From NCBI RefSeq assembly GCF_006345805.1, contig NC_042999.1:164362001-164426000 (forward strand): a stretch of DNA of 64,000 nt, in the 5' to 3' direction. Position 1 is the stretch's first letter, and each line of letters begins with the position of its first letter. Positions 24,986 to 37,190 of the stretch are shown in pieces. The notes below the pieces were generated by a model. It was not told the origin of the DNA, did no database searches, and worked only from the letters and a program-made list of their open reading frames with translations. Source of the stretch: Octopus sinensis. Its lineage: Eukaryota. The translations under genes and the position numbers were made by a program.

Positions 24986-26323
24986 GTATCTATAAAATCT
25001 CTTTACAATATGGAATTTAGGAGTATGGAAGTGGTAAAAATAATTTATTCATATATATATATATATATATATAATATATATATATATGTGAATAGAATAT
25101 GTATATATGTACATATATTGAGGTCATATGAATTTATAAACTTTCCAGAGAACATGAAATAATTCTTTTTGGGAATGGCAGATCTTGAAGCAGAGAAATC
25201 TATGAATAATAGCATGTGAATATTGGGTTAAAATACCCTTTTAGATAGAAAAAGTTGAAGGCTGCCTGTGGGTCATGAACCCATATTTTCTGTAGACATA
25301 ACAGGCAGCCTTCAAATTTTCTGTTGAAAAGGGTTTTTCAATCTAATATTTACATGCTATTATTTATAGTTTTTTCTAAGGAAGCAAACCAGCAGAATTG
25401 TTAGCACACAAGGCATTTTATGTGTCTTCATCTTCTGAGTTTAAATGCTGCCAAGGTTGGCTTTGCCTTTCGTCCTTCCAGGGTTGATAAAATAAGTATC
25501 AGTTGGACACTGGGGTCGATGTAATTGACTTAACCCTTTCCCCAAAAGTGTTGGCCTTGTGCCAAAATTTGAAATCATTATTTATAACTTTGTGTAATGC
25601 TGCAAGCTGGCAGAATTGTTACCAGACTGAACAAAATCTTTAGTGGCATTTCTTCCAGCTTTACATTCTGAGTTCAAATGCCATCAAAGCCCACTTTGGC
25701 TTTCATTTAATCATCTCTGAAAGGATGACAGGCAAAGTCGACCTCAGCTGAATTTGAACTTGGAACTTAATGGTAGACGAAATACCACTAAGCATTACAT
25801 ATATTGCTGTAACATTATTTTAAAGTCAGATGCCATTTCTGTTACTAATTCTCCTCTGTTTTCCAAGTAAGAGATCTCTTGTTCCTCTCAGTTTCAAAAC
25901 CAGAGAATTATTTGTTAATATAAGAAATGACAACACCATCACAAAATGAAACTTGGTAATTTTTGGAGAAATGCAAATGTAAACAGGTACACATAAACAC
26001 ACAGGCACATACAAACTTACATGTGCATTCATGGATACACACACACACACACACAATGGGCTGCTTCCTGTTTCTGCTTTCTAAATCCCCTCACAAGACC
26101 TTGTTTGGTCATGCTTATGTCTCTGTGCATGTATGTGTATATGTGTTTCTATTCTTTTACTTGTTTCAGTCATCTGATTGCAGCCATGCTGGAGCACAAA
26201 TCGACCCCAGAACTAGTACTTATTCTGTTGCTCTCTTTTGCTGAACTGCTAAGTTATGGGGACATAAAAACCCCAACAGTGGTTGTCAGATGGTGATGGG
26301 GGAGAACAAACACAGACACAAAG

Positions 26324-26396
<73 letters not shown>

Positions 26397-26859
26397 CAAC
26401 AGGCTTCTTTCAGTTTCTATCTACCAAATTCACTCACAAGGCTTTGGTTAGCCCAAGGCTATAGTAGAAGACACTTGCCCAAGGTGCCATTTAGTGATAC
26501 TGAACCTGGAATCATGGTTTGGATGCAAGCTCCTTACCGCGCAGCCATGCTATTGCCTATACACACACACACATGCACGCTCATGCACATGTATGTGTGT
26601 GTATGTATGTAAACATATATATGTATGTAATAACAAATCTCTGAGCGGGGTTAGCCACATTTAAGTGGCAAATATACTTCACGATATATGTATGTAAATA
26701 TATATAAAAATAAATCATGGGTGTGTGATTAAGAAGTTTGCATAACAACCATATGGTTATTATGTGTGATATCTTGGATAAGTGTTTTCTATTATATCCA
26801 ACCAAAGTCTTGTGAATGGATTTGGTAGATTGAATTTAGAAGAGATCTATCATATCATA

Positions 26860-26901
<42 letters not shown>

Positions 26902-27419
26902 CATTTGCACTAGACACAAGTCATATGTTAGGGGTGTTGGTCACCTCTGTCAACAAATCATCTACTTCCCTTGCACCTTTGAAGACATGTGAAATAAGGG
27001 ATCACTCACATGAGAAACAGGTAAAGGTTAGTAACAGGAAGAACAAGCACCTGTAAAACAGTGCCTCAAAAATTGTTTAATCCATTCTAGCTTATAAAAA
27101 TGAATATAAAAGGGTGTGTGTGTGTGTATATATATATAAATATTCATGTGTGTGTGTAAACACACACACACACACATAGATATGTAGGTATTTGTGTGCG
27201 TATAAATACACACACCACACACACACACACTCATATATAAACATAGAATATTATACAAGAATATAATACAAAATGTAGCAGTTGGAATTTTCCTCCAGTG
27301 AGAGACTAAATCTCACCAAATATTAGTATCATCATCATCCTGTAACATCTGTTTCTCATGCTGGCATAGGTTGACAAAAGTATCATCTATATATTCTCAG
27401 CTACATGATTGGTTTAAAT

Positions 27420-27682
27420 CAGTGGTTCTCAGCCAGGGTCCACATGGCCCTTGGGAGTCCATATAAGATTACATTGTCAAAATTTATCTGCAATAATAAT
27501 TTGGTTCAACACTTACAGTATATTTTAAACATTTTTTTAAAATACAGTTCCTAATAATGTTTAGTTATGAAAATATAATAGGATTTTTTTAAACATTTAA
27601 TGGACATGGGGGTCCACCTGAGTAAAATAAGAATCAAAGGAGTCCATAGGTACCATAGGTAAAAAATGGTTGAGAAACACTG
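27420..27682. mobile_element. hAT-type MITE with perfect 8-bp TSD
   Basis: TIRs cagtggttctca / tgagaaacactg, flanked on both sides by GTTTAAAT. Confidence 0.9.
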
Positions 27683-28142
27683 GTTTAAATGGTGTAATTC
27701 TTCATATTTGGCTGACAACCAGGCACATAGCAACAAGAGACATCAGGATTACAAAGGCCTTTCGGAATAACAACTTGTCATGGTTGGTGTTAGGATGGGC
27801 ATCCGGCCATAGAAAACCATGCCAAATCAGACTGGAGTCTGGTGCAGCCTTCCAGCCTTGCCAGCCCAGTCGAACTGTCCAAGCCATGCCAGTGTGGAGA
27901 ACAGACGTTAAATGATGATGATGGTGATGACAACAGGCCTCTGAAAACGGTTGGAGGGTACAACAACTAAACCATGAGTATATAATGGAGATAAGTACCA
28001 ACATTTTCATGTGACACGCTTGAACAAATGGGAAGATCACTTCACATGAAGCCATTGGTAGCCTTGTTTATCTGCAAACAAAGAATATTTATCCACCAAT
28101 GCTGTGTTAAGCACTCGTCCTCAATGTTAGCTTATGTATATA

Positions 28143-28389
28143 CGAGGGGCGTTCAATAAGTAATGCCCCTGACCCACTTCCCATAGAAGTAGAGCAACGA
28201 AACTTGGCACAGTTATTAGTCTTTTTCTGCATAGAAAATACCCAGAGTTACGCATTTCTCCCATCGTTTGATGCAGCTCTGGAGACCGTTTTAGTAGAAG
28301 ACCCCAGCTTGGTCCTCCAACGACGACGTGACTTCAGAAATCAAGGCTGCATCATCTGGAAAACGCTTTCCTTTCAAAAACAACTTCAT
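28143..28389 (-). mobile_element. Mariner 3' end truncated by assembly gap
   Basis: TA followed by cgaggggcgttcaataagtaatgc (TIR-like). Minus strand encodes MKLFLKGKRFPDDAALISEVTSSLEDQAGVFY*NGLQSCIKRWEKCVTLG, a mariner C-terminus. Confidence 0.85.
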
Positions 28390-28489
28390 NNNNNNNNNNN
28401 NNNNNNNNNNNNNNNNNNNNNNNNNNNNNNNNNNNNNNNNNNNNNNNNNNNNNNNNNNNNNNNNNNNNNNNNNNNNNNNNNNNNNNNNN
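28390..28489. other. Assembly gap (100 N)
   Basis: Run of exactly 100 N, typically a placeholder for a gap of unknown size. Confidence 0.99.
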
Positions 28490-28579
28490 TCTTTCAGTAT
28501 GTTAGAGAGAGAAAGAGAGAGAGAGATAGAGAGAGTGGAGAGAAGAGAGAGATTCTTCACAAGCTCTTTTCAGTATGTT

Positions 28580-28616
<37 letters not shown>

Positions 28617-29243
28617 CGAGAGAAAGAGAGAGATTCTTCACAAGCTCTTTTCAGTATGTTAGAGAGAGAAAGAGAGAGAGAGAGCGAGAGAAAGAGAGAG
28701 ATTCTTCACAAGCTCTTTTCAGTATGTTAGAGAGAGAAGAGAGAGAGAGAGCAAGAGAAAGAGAGAGATTCTTCACAAGCTCTTCTCAGTATGTTAGAGA
28801 GAGAAGAGAGAGAGAGAGAGAGAGCGAGAGAAAGAGAGAGATTCTTCACAAGCTCTTCTCAGTATGTTAGAGAGAGAAGAGAGAGAGAGAGAGAGAGCGA
28901 GAGAAAGAGAGAGATTCTTCACAAGCTCTTCTCAGTATGTTAGAGAGAGAAAGAGAGAGAGAGAGAAAGAGAGCGAGAGAGAAAGAGAGAGATTCTTCAC
29001 AAGCTCTTCTCAGTTTGTTAGAGAGAGAAAGAGAGAGAGAGAGAGAGAGCAAGAGAAAGAGAGAGATTCTTCACATGCTCTTCTCAGTATGTTAGAGAGA
29101 GAAAGAGGGAGAGAGAGAGAGAGCAAGAGAAAGAGAGAGATTCTTCACAAGCTCTTCTCAGTATGTTAGAGAGAGAAAGAGAGAGAGAGAGAGAGAGCAA
29201 GAGAAAGAGAGCGATTCTTCACAAGCTCTTCTCAGTATGTTAG
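28490..29243. repeat. Compound minisatellite: constant ~30-bp unit plus variable (GA)n, 10 full copies and 1 partial
   Basis: gattcttcacaagctcttYtcagtatgtta recurs every ~70-80 bp, separated by GA tracts. Confidence 0.95.
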
Positions 29244-30117
29244 TCTCTGCTTTATCTTATTGCGAACAACATAGACCTCTTCATCTTTTATTTATAATCT
29301 GACTTGCAAATGATAGATCATCACCAGATTACCAGTTCTGATGTCTGTCCTATTGGTGATTCTTTGAAATTAACTAAACACAAGCACTAGTGATATTATT
29401 CAGAAAAAAGCCTTACCAGCATGGAAGGCAGATGTTACATGATGATGATGATGACGACGATGACGACTCAAACAGTCCTTATCTTAAACTCTCTCAGCTT
29501 ATATTTTGTCATTCAATCTACTGGAAATTGCGACCTAATAATCATTGAAATTGATTTTTTTTTTTAAAAAGAGGGAAGACGTATTTGATGGTGTAATCTT
29601 ATCTACACTTGTGTGAATAAAGACTAAAATGGTCATAACTTGGAACGCCTTTGATCATCTGTATGACCAAGGGCTAAACAGCATCCTTTTCTCACTGATG
29701 GCATTCAGATCTTGCCTCATTTACTGTCTTACGTTGTCTCTCAACTCTTCATCTCTTTTCTTTAGTTCAACTTGTCTATTATTATAATTCAAGATGGTCA
29801 GTCAACAAAATTGTTAGCATTGGATGAATGTCTTTTATTAATTGCTTTGGTTCTGCTCATCCTAAATTCAAATCTTGATGAAGTTAGTTTTGTCATTTTG
29901 ACCTTGATAAAATAATTTATCAATCAAGTGCAGGGATCATTTCCCCCCACTCTCTCCCTTCTATGCATGTACACTCATTGGCTATGCTGCATTGTCAGAG
30001 GGTCATGGGTAACTACTTGAAGTGTGTGTTCCTTCCTTCAAAGAAATACAGGAGGATCGATTGAAGTCTTGTAAAAGCGACATAGGTTCTATCCTCCTAT
30101 ATTTTCTTTTTCTACAG

Positions 30118-30213
30118 ATGTCCTCCATTTTTTGATGACAACCCATTTGATATTTATGAAAAAATTCTTATTGGAAAAATAACATGGCCAAAAAGCATGG
30201 ACCCTGTTGCAAA
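30118..30213 (+). CDS. PRKX: PRKX/PKA-C3-like kinase, internal exon (96 bp, phase 2-2)
   Basis: tttttctacag acceptor and gtaagt donor. Translates (G)CPPFFDDNPFDIYEKILIGKITWPKSMDPVAK, matching PRKX-type GxPPFFDDNPFGIYxKIL. Confidence 0.93.
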
Positions 30214-31627
30214 GTAAGTATGAAGAAATCCAACTGATTCTGTGAGTAAAGGAAGTATTGTCATAATAAAGTCATATCTTCTATTTTTATACTTATTTAG
30301 TCTTCCACCACAATTTGTATTTGCCACTTTTTTTATTTATTCAGAGTACTTTCTTTGCTCTCATTTCATTTACCACATTCTATCATTTTGGGTACTATTT
30401 TTATATCAAGGTTATGTTGTTTTTTTATATATAGCTTTTTTCGTAAGAGTGTGAGATCATGTGCCTTCTTTTTTTTTCTACATTATTTTATGTATAGCTT
30501 TCTCAGTCCTTTCTGATAACATCTTGAGCTATTTTAGGGACCCTGATGTGTTTTTTTCTCTCAAATCATCTCCCATAAAGTAGCCATTCTTTCCCTCTTG
30601 TGCTCTGTTTTATATTAATACACTCTGTTTCTTTTTAATTTCATAGTTATATGTCTTTGAGCTTTCACTTCTCTCTCCTTTCAGAGGCATGGCTTATGTA
30701 ATTAAGAAATTCCCTTCATAATCAGTCACATAGATTCCAACACATCTTGAGCAAGTAACTTCTACTCTAACTTTGGTTTGAATTAAGCATTGTGAGTGAA
30801 ATTGAGTAAATGAAAATTGTAGATGAAAGACTTTTAAGTAAAAGACTTAACTGGTCACCCAGTTAACAACACCATTTGGCTCTTCGGTGCCTTTAGGGAA
30901 TTCCATTCTTGTGTAAGCATTCAAGTGCATGTCTCTGGGTCTTTCTCCCACTGGTCTCAAAGACCTTGCAAAAAGGACAAGAGTGCTGCCCTTCCTCATC
31001 TGACTAAGCCATAAAAACCCCATACATTGTCATTTCTTTCCTGTTTAGTACCACATCCCCTATTACTAACCCCTTTCAGTACTGGCTGTTATTTTACAGT
31101 CCTCTTTCCATATTACATCCTTTCACAGCTTCCCCTTTCCATTACTACACTCTCCTACTCCTACCCCATTTTAATACCTCATCTTCCTTTCAGTACAACA
31201 TTATCCTACAGCTGTTTCTTTTCAAGACCTCATTCCTCAGTAGCTAACCCTTTTCTGTACCACATTCTGCCACATTAATAACTGTTACAACTATCTTGTA
31301 TGTCAAAAGAAATAGGAGAGCCCATAGCTTTGCAAATATCTTTCGGATGATTGTCATCTAAAGATAATTATTTAAAAGAGAAAGTACAGTCTTGCGACAT
31401 TTTTAGGCCATCCTTGTCTGGTGAGGTTTTGCCAGAGGATGAAAAACAAAATGAAACAAGAATATCATAAATATTTTAACGATGCATCTATTTTCCTTTT
31501 CTTTGTTAAAGCTTTATTATGTTTACTCTCACTTTACTGGATTACTTGCAGCCCTGTTGTTCTGCTTCATAAATGTTTGCTTCATCTCCTTTATCAATAA
31601 ACTGATTGAAAAATGTTCTATCTACAG

Positions 31628-31685
31628 AGATCTAATAAAAAAGCTCCTCGTTCATGACAGGACAAGACGACTTGGAAACATGAAG
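31628..31685 (+). CDS. PRKX: PRKX/PKA-C3-like kinase, internal exon (58 bp, phase 2-0)
   Basis: tctacag acceptor and gtaatt donor. Encodes DLIKKLLVHDRTRRLGNMK, in phase with the previous exon and near-identical to the PRKX subdomain XI sequence. Confidence 0.93.
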
Positions 31686-31941
31686 GTAATTCTTCAGTTT
31701 CAATTGATTTTTGTATTTAAATAATCTTTTCTACTCTATGCAGAAGGCCCAAAATTTTGGGGGAGGGGTCCAGTCAATTAGATTGACCCCAATACACAAC
31801 TGGGACTTAATTTATCGACCCTGAAAGGATGGAAGGCAAAGTTGACCTCGGCAGAATTTGAACTCAGAGTGTAAGGACGGATGAAATGTCGCAAAGCATT
31901 TAGCTTGGTATGCTAATGATGTTGCCAGTTCGTTGCCATAT

Positions 31942-32306
31942 TCATCATCATCATTTAGCGTCCGCTTTCCATGCTAGCATGGGTTGGATGGTTCAACTGG
32001 GGTCTGGGAAGCCAGAAGGCTGCACCAGGCCCCAGTCTGATCTGGCAGTGTTTCTACAGCTGGATGCCCTTCCTAACGCCAACCAGTCCGTGAGTTTAGT
32101 GGGTGCTTTTTACGTCCCACCCGCACAGGTGCCAGACGGGGCTGGCAAACGGCCACAGACGGATGGTGCTTTTTATGTGCCACTGGCACGGGGGCCAGGC
32201 AAGGCTGGCAACGGCCACGATCGGATGGTGCTTTTTACGTGCCACCGGCATGGGGGCCAGGCGAGGTTGGCAACGGCCACGATCGGATGATGCTTTTTAC
32301 GTGCCA
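31942..32306 (-). mobile_element. Copy of the GC-rich (GAT)n-tailed element with about four ~53-bp internal repeats
   Basis: Reverse complement of the 3808-4260 family. Tandem gtgctttttacgtgccac...ggcaacggccacgatcggat units. Confidence 0.8.
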
Positions 32307-32710
32307 TTATTAATAATAATAATGATGATAATTATAATGATGATAATGATGTTCATATTAAATCTTATTTTGATCCAAGCATTTGAATGTTACATATTCT
32401 GTCAATTCTTTAGGAGGATGGTATCACAGAATCAACTGAGATAGGGTTTGAACCCAGAGCTGTTAACCACCAATCTAAAGAATATCATTTAGTTTTATTC
32501 CTTGTTTGTAAATCCTTTAACAGAAGTCCTGTATTCGCTGTTGTAACTTCTGTTGGAAATAATTCAGAATCTGTGTTGTGTGTTGTAGTGTGTGTGTGTG
32601 TGTGCGTGCGTGTGTGGACATTTGTACTTGCTTGCATGAGGGATTCCTTGCGCGCTCGCGTTTCAAGGGAGATAACTTTTAAGAGTTTGGAAATTTTTTA
32701 AAGCAAGTGC

Positions 32711-32749
<39 letters not shown>

Positions 32750-33764
32750 TTTTGGTGTTGAAGAGAAAGTGGGAACCACAACTCATAAGTTATTGCTTAC
32801 TATTATCGATTTCTGGAAATAGAATCATATAGCAAGTAATCACCAAAATATATATATTATGTTTTATTAAATGTTCATTATGAGTTACCATTTTCAGGTT
32901 ATGACAAGCGACTATAAGATAGAAACTTTAAAATACTTTGTAGAAAAACAATTCGTTGCTATAATGCAAAAGTGTCGTAAGTCCAAAAGGTTGCTTTTTC
33001 AGAAAACGAAAAAATAGTTTTTTTGTACTACACTTTGACAATTTTTGACATCTTGGCATCTGAAGCAAGCTGGAGATTCAATAGTTTGACCATGTTGCTC
33101 AGACCACACACTGCAGTCTTAAAAAGAGATGTACATTCAGAGTAAGTTTATTGGATGCAGACTTGGCAGTCGTAACCTCATGTGTTCAATCCCACAGTGA
33201 GATATCTTGGGCAAGTGTCTTTTACCAGGGTCTTTGAGAGAAATTGTGTAGACAGAAACTACATGGAAACCCAATGGGTTGATTGTACCTGTAAATCAAA
33301 GCTCCAGCCTTGTCATTTATTCTCTTACTGATTTGGTGTGAAAGTTATGTTAATATCACATATGTCTGTGGAATACTCAGCCAGTTACATGTTCATTTAA
33401 TGATACAGAGTAGTTCAGTTGTTCAGTTGACAAAATAGTCGAAACCAAAGACGGATCTATCATTCCTTTTTCTGAGTTCAAATTTTGCAGAGGTCAACTT
33501 TGCTTTTCATCCCTTCAGGGTCAGTAAAAGGCAGTACTTATCAAGTACTGGGATTATTGTAATTGACTTGTTTCCTCTCCTCAAAATTGCTGGCCCTGAT
33601 CCTTGAAGCATGCCTGTGTTCTGATCTTGGTCACTTATATGCTATGGAAACTGGATAACTGGCTTTATGAGTCTTGAGAAAAATATTTAAAAAAAGGTAC
33701 TTTCAGGTACTCAAAATTACTAAAGTTTGTAATTATGTTAGCATTCTACACCTTATGAGATAAC

Positions 33765-34720
33765 ATCTAGTCTACCACAAGGATCCATTCTTGAACCCCT
33801 GTTGTTTGTTGCATATATTAATGACATAGATGCCAACTTGAAGAATCTTACAGTATTGAAATATGCAGGTGATATCAAGCTGTACCTTGAGATAAAAAGA
33901 ACAGTTTCTATATGCTGTAGATCTTTCTTGGAATCAGACCTGGACACAATGCAGCAATGGATTACTGACTGACAGCTCAAGCTGGCTGTGGACAAGTGCA
34001 CCATCATGCATTTGGGAGGAAAAACCCAGCTTTTACAGACTTCCTCTACAACACCATCTTTAAGAAGTCTGCTAGTGATGTGATCTAGGTATTATTGTTA
34101 AGTAATTTGTGTTGGACAAACCACATCTCTAAAATTGTCAAGTAGGTTGAGGGTGTTTTAGCATTAATCAGTAGGAACTTTGTCAGCCGTTCTCCAGCTG
34201 TCTATTTAAAGCTATATATGGCTATGGTGCATCCACACTTAGAGTTTGCATCGCCAGTCTGGAACCTCTATCTTGCTCAGCATATCAATCTTCTAGAAAC
34301 TGTTCAGAGCAGATGAACACCTGCCATCAGGCATCTACCATACTCTGAATGTCTCGCCTCCCTGGGCATGGACACATCTGGCAACTGACTTCGCAGACAT
34401 CCACAAGATTATCTACCATCTTTCCAACTTCTACTTGTCTAATGCTCATGGATATGCTTACAAAATCCAAAAACAACACAGTATCCAAGACTTTTGGAAA
34501 CATTCATTTCATGCTTGGAATTGCTGAAGCATGGAATAAAATACTTTAGCTTTTGGGGTCATTACAGCCTTCAAAACTTCCATGCTTTCTTAAGTTTGCC
34601 AACACCTGATGCCCCTCCGCTTTTTTTTCTAAATAACTTGTTCACTGTTCACTTCCCGTGCATATTCTGTGTTCTGTTCATGCACTTTTAGCTACACTTT
34701 TCTGATGAGTTGTAGTGCAC
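33765..34720 (+). mobile_element. CR1/L2-like LINE reverse-transcriptase remnant in kinase intron
   Basis: PQGSILEPLLFVAYINDID...KYAGDIKLY...DLDTMQQW...DKCTIMHLG and LYMAMVHPHLEFASPVWN, with stops and frameshifts. Confidence 0.85.
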
Positions 34721-34808
34721 CTGTTACCATTCCTTTTTTATTTTGTATTTTTCATGTTTTTTAAAAAAACAAATTCATTCTACTGATAGTTCATTGTTTT
34801 CACTTCAG

Positions 34809-34886
34809 TCTGGTGCAGAGGATGTGAAAAACCACCGATGGTTTAAAGGTATTAAATGGACTGACGTAAGGGAAAGAAAGCTGAAG
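34809..34886 (+). CDS. PRKX: PRKX/PKA-C3-like kinase, internal exon (78 bp, phase 0-0)
   Basis: ttttcacttcag acceptor and gtataa donor. Encodes SGAEDVKNHRWFKGIKWTDVRERKLK. Confidence 0.92.
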
Positions 34887-35392
34887 GTATAAGGATGGTT
34901 TTTTTTTTATTTAAATATTTTGTAATCTACATACAAACATTAGCAAATACATGTTTGTGCACACACGCACATACGCACACACACACACACACACATGGAC
35001 ATACACTTATTTGTTATGATTTATAATTATGAACTTTGGTTCACTAAAATTTTATATCAGCTATGGGTTAAACCTCAGATCTGATGCTTGCCACCCTACC
35101 CACACCTTGCAGGAAAATATAATAAGGAAAAGTAAGAAATATTATATCCTAATATGTATGTGTGTGTGTGTGTGTATGTATGTAATGCATGCATACATGC
35201 ATTTTCCTCTGATGAGGGCACCAACTAAACAGAGATGTTCATTGTGCTCTCATCAAAGGAAATTCGTTTTGGAAACACGGAGTTCCCTGCTTGCCAACTA
35301 GTGAACGAAAAGGGTGCAGTTAACAACAAGTTTTGGATGCAAATGGAATCAGTCAAAGGAAGATAACTCTATCTTGCCCAGAAGCAATTTCG

Positions 35393-35427
<35 letters not shown>

Positions 35428-35440
35428 TTTTTTTTTTTTT

Positions 35441-35657
35441 ACCGCCCACAAGGGGTTAAACACAGAGGGGACAAACAAAGACAGACAAATGGATTAAGTC
35501 GATTACATTGACCCCAGTGCGTAACTGGTACTTAATTTATCGACCCCGAAAGGATGAAAGGCAAAGTCGACCTCGGCGGAATTTGAACTCGGAACGTAAC
35601 GACAGACGAAATACGGCTACGCATTTCGCCCGGCGTGCTAACGATTCTGCCAGCTCG

Positions 35658-35658
<1 letters not shown>
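35441..35658 (-). mobile_element. Young tRNA-derived SINE, second family (CpGs intact)
   Basis: Minus strand gagctggcagaatcgttagc...gagttcaaattccgccgaggtcgactttgcctttcatcc. Many decayed copies, e.g. 10862-11080, 31728-31935, 45917-46130, 59122-59327, 63390-63553. Confidence 0.88.
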
Positions 35659-35703
<45 letters not shown>

Positions 35704-36520
35704 CACATATATATTCTTAGATACTAAGATAAGTTTTGGCCAGAACTGGTCCAGGCCATGTCTGACTTAACACCTGGAAAAGACATTTAATGATGTTTCA
35801 TATGAGTCATTCTTTGGGCACCATAGCCCATTCAAGTGAAGAGTTATTGTTTGCAGAGGTATATCTGGGTCTAGGTGGTTTACCTGGAATTTGTTGGAGA
35901 TATTCATCCAGGAACTATTTGAATGTTAGTGGATCTAATTCTTCTCTTATGTGTCTTGGCAGCTCCAACAGTTCAGGGTTGAAACACCCGATGAATGTTG
36001 GATTCCATCTGACAACATCAGTTCCTCGTGGCCAAGGCTCCATTCACTTTGGTGAATGGATAAAGTACCTCCTTATAGGTGTTATTAACATACCTACTTA
36101 TACATGTGTTTGTCTATATCTAAATTTATGTGTGTTCAGGTGTAAGGAGAATAGTAAAGAAGAAAACACAGCAAAAGAGAGAGAGAGAGAGAGAGAGAGA
36201 GCACAGAGCAGACAATAGTCTTCTGCATCACATGACCAAAAGAGCAGACAACCTGTCACATGATCAATGAACAAGATAAAACAACTCTGTTTACTATAAA
36301 ATGTAATTCAAATGGTGGGATAAATTTTGTTCAAGTGTGGCTGTGTAGTAAGAAGCTTGCTTTTCAACAATGTGAACCCTGGTACAGCATCTTGGTCATC
36401 TTCAGCTTTAGCCCTGCTTGACTAAAGCCTTCTGAGTGGACATTCTGGTTAATGGACATTGCATTGAAAAAAGCTTGTTGTGTGTGTATGTATTTACGTA
36501 TGTGTGTATATATATATGTC

Positions 36521-37190
36521 CAGCATTCGGGCTGTTCGGGCTTAGCCCAAGTATAAAATTAGTAAAGTGAACGTATATTTGCAAGCTGATTTAATTTCTG
36601 CCAACACTGACTTCAAGTATGTAATTTCAGCCAATAACTCAAGCTCCTTTTAATGAGCCTTGTTGCAGTTCATTTATTTTCGTTCAGCATCTGGCAATTG
36701 TCTTAGAGGTGCCCTGTGTCAAAATATATTCATAGCAGACCTTCTCTTGACATCATTCACACATGCTGACTTGGGCTCAGAAGTTACAGCCCGAGCTGTT
36801 ATCTATAAACATAAAAATTAAAAGTAATTCAAATTCAATGTTTTCTTGAAACAATAAATTTCAATAGGGATTAGGATTTAAATTCCAATCTATGAAAAGT
36901 TTCCATTCTATAATATTCCTAAAGGAACGAAAAATTATCCAGCAACTCGGGCTAATACGAACAAGCCTGGCAGGTGTAAAAGATTAAAGGCACTCAGCTG
37001 TCGTTGTTTGATTGCTGTTATTCTGTGAGTCTGTGTACAAAGATCAGTTGTATTTTGCAGGGTTGCTTTATCTTTTTCCCTTAACTTAGAAATGGAGAAA
37101 GACATAGTCCTAGATATAAAAAATAAGCCATTTGGGGCTAGAAATATTGCGGAATAACATGAAATTCTGTGATGAGCCCGAGTGACGCTG
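36521..37190. mobile_element. Possible non-autonomous DNA element with TCGGGCT subterminal motifs
   Basis: cagcattcgggct at left and agcccgagtgacgctg at right, plus further tcgggct/agcccga motifs inside. Confidence 0.4.

Noticed and set aside
28490-29243. CRISPR-like repeat/spacer appearance
   Set aside because: Spacers are all (GA)n variants rather than unique sequences. The context is eukaryotic and there are no cas genes.
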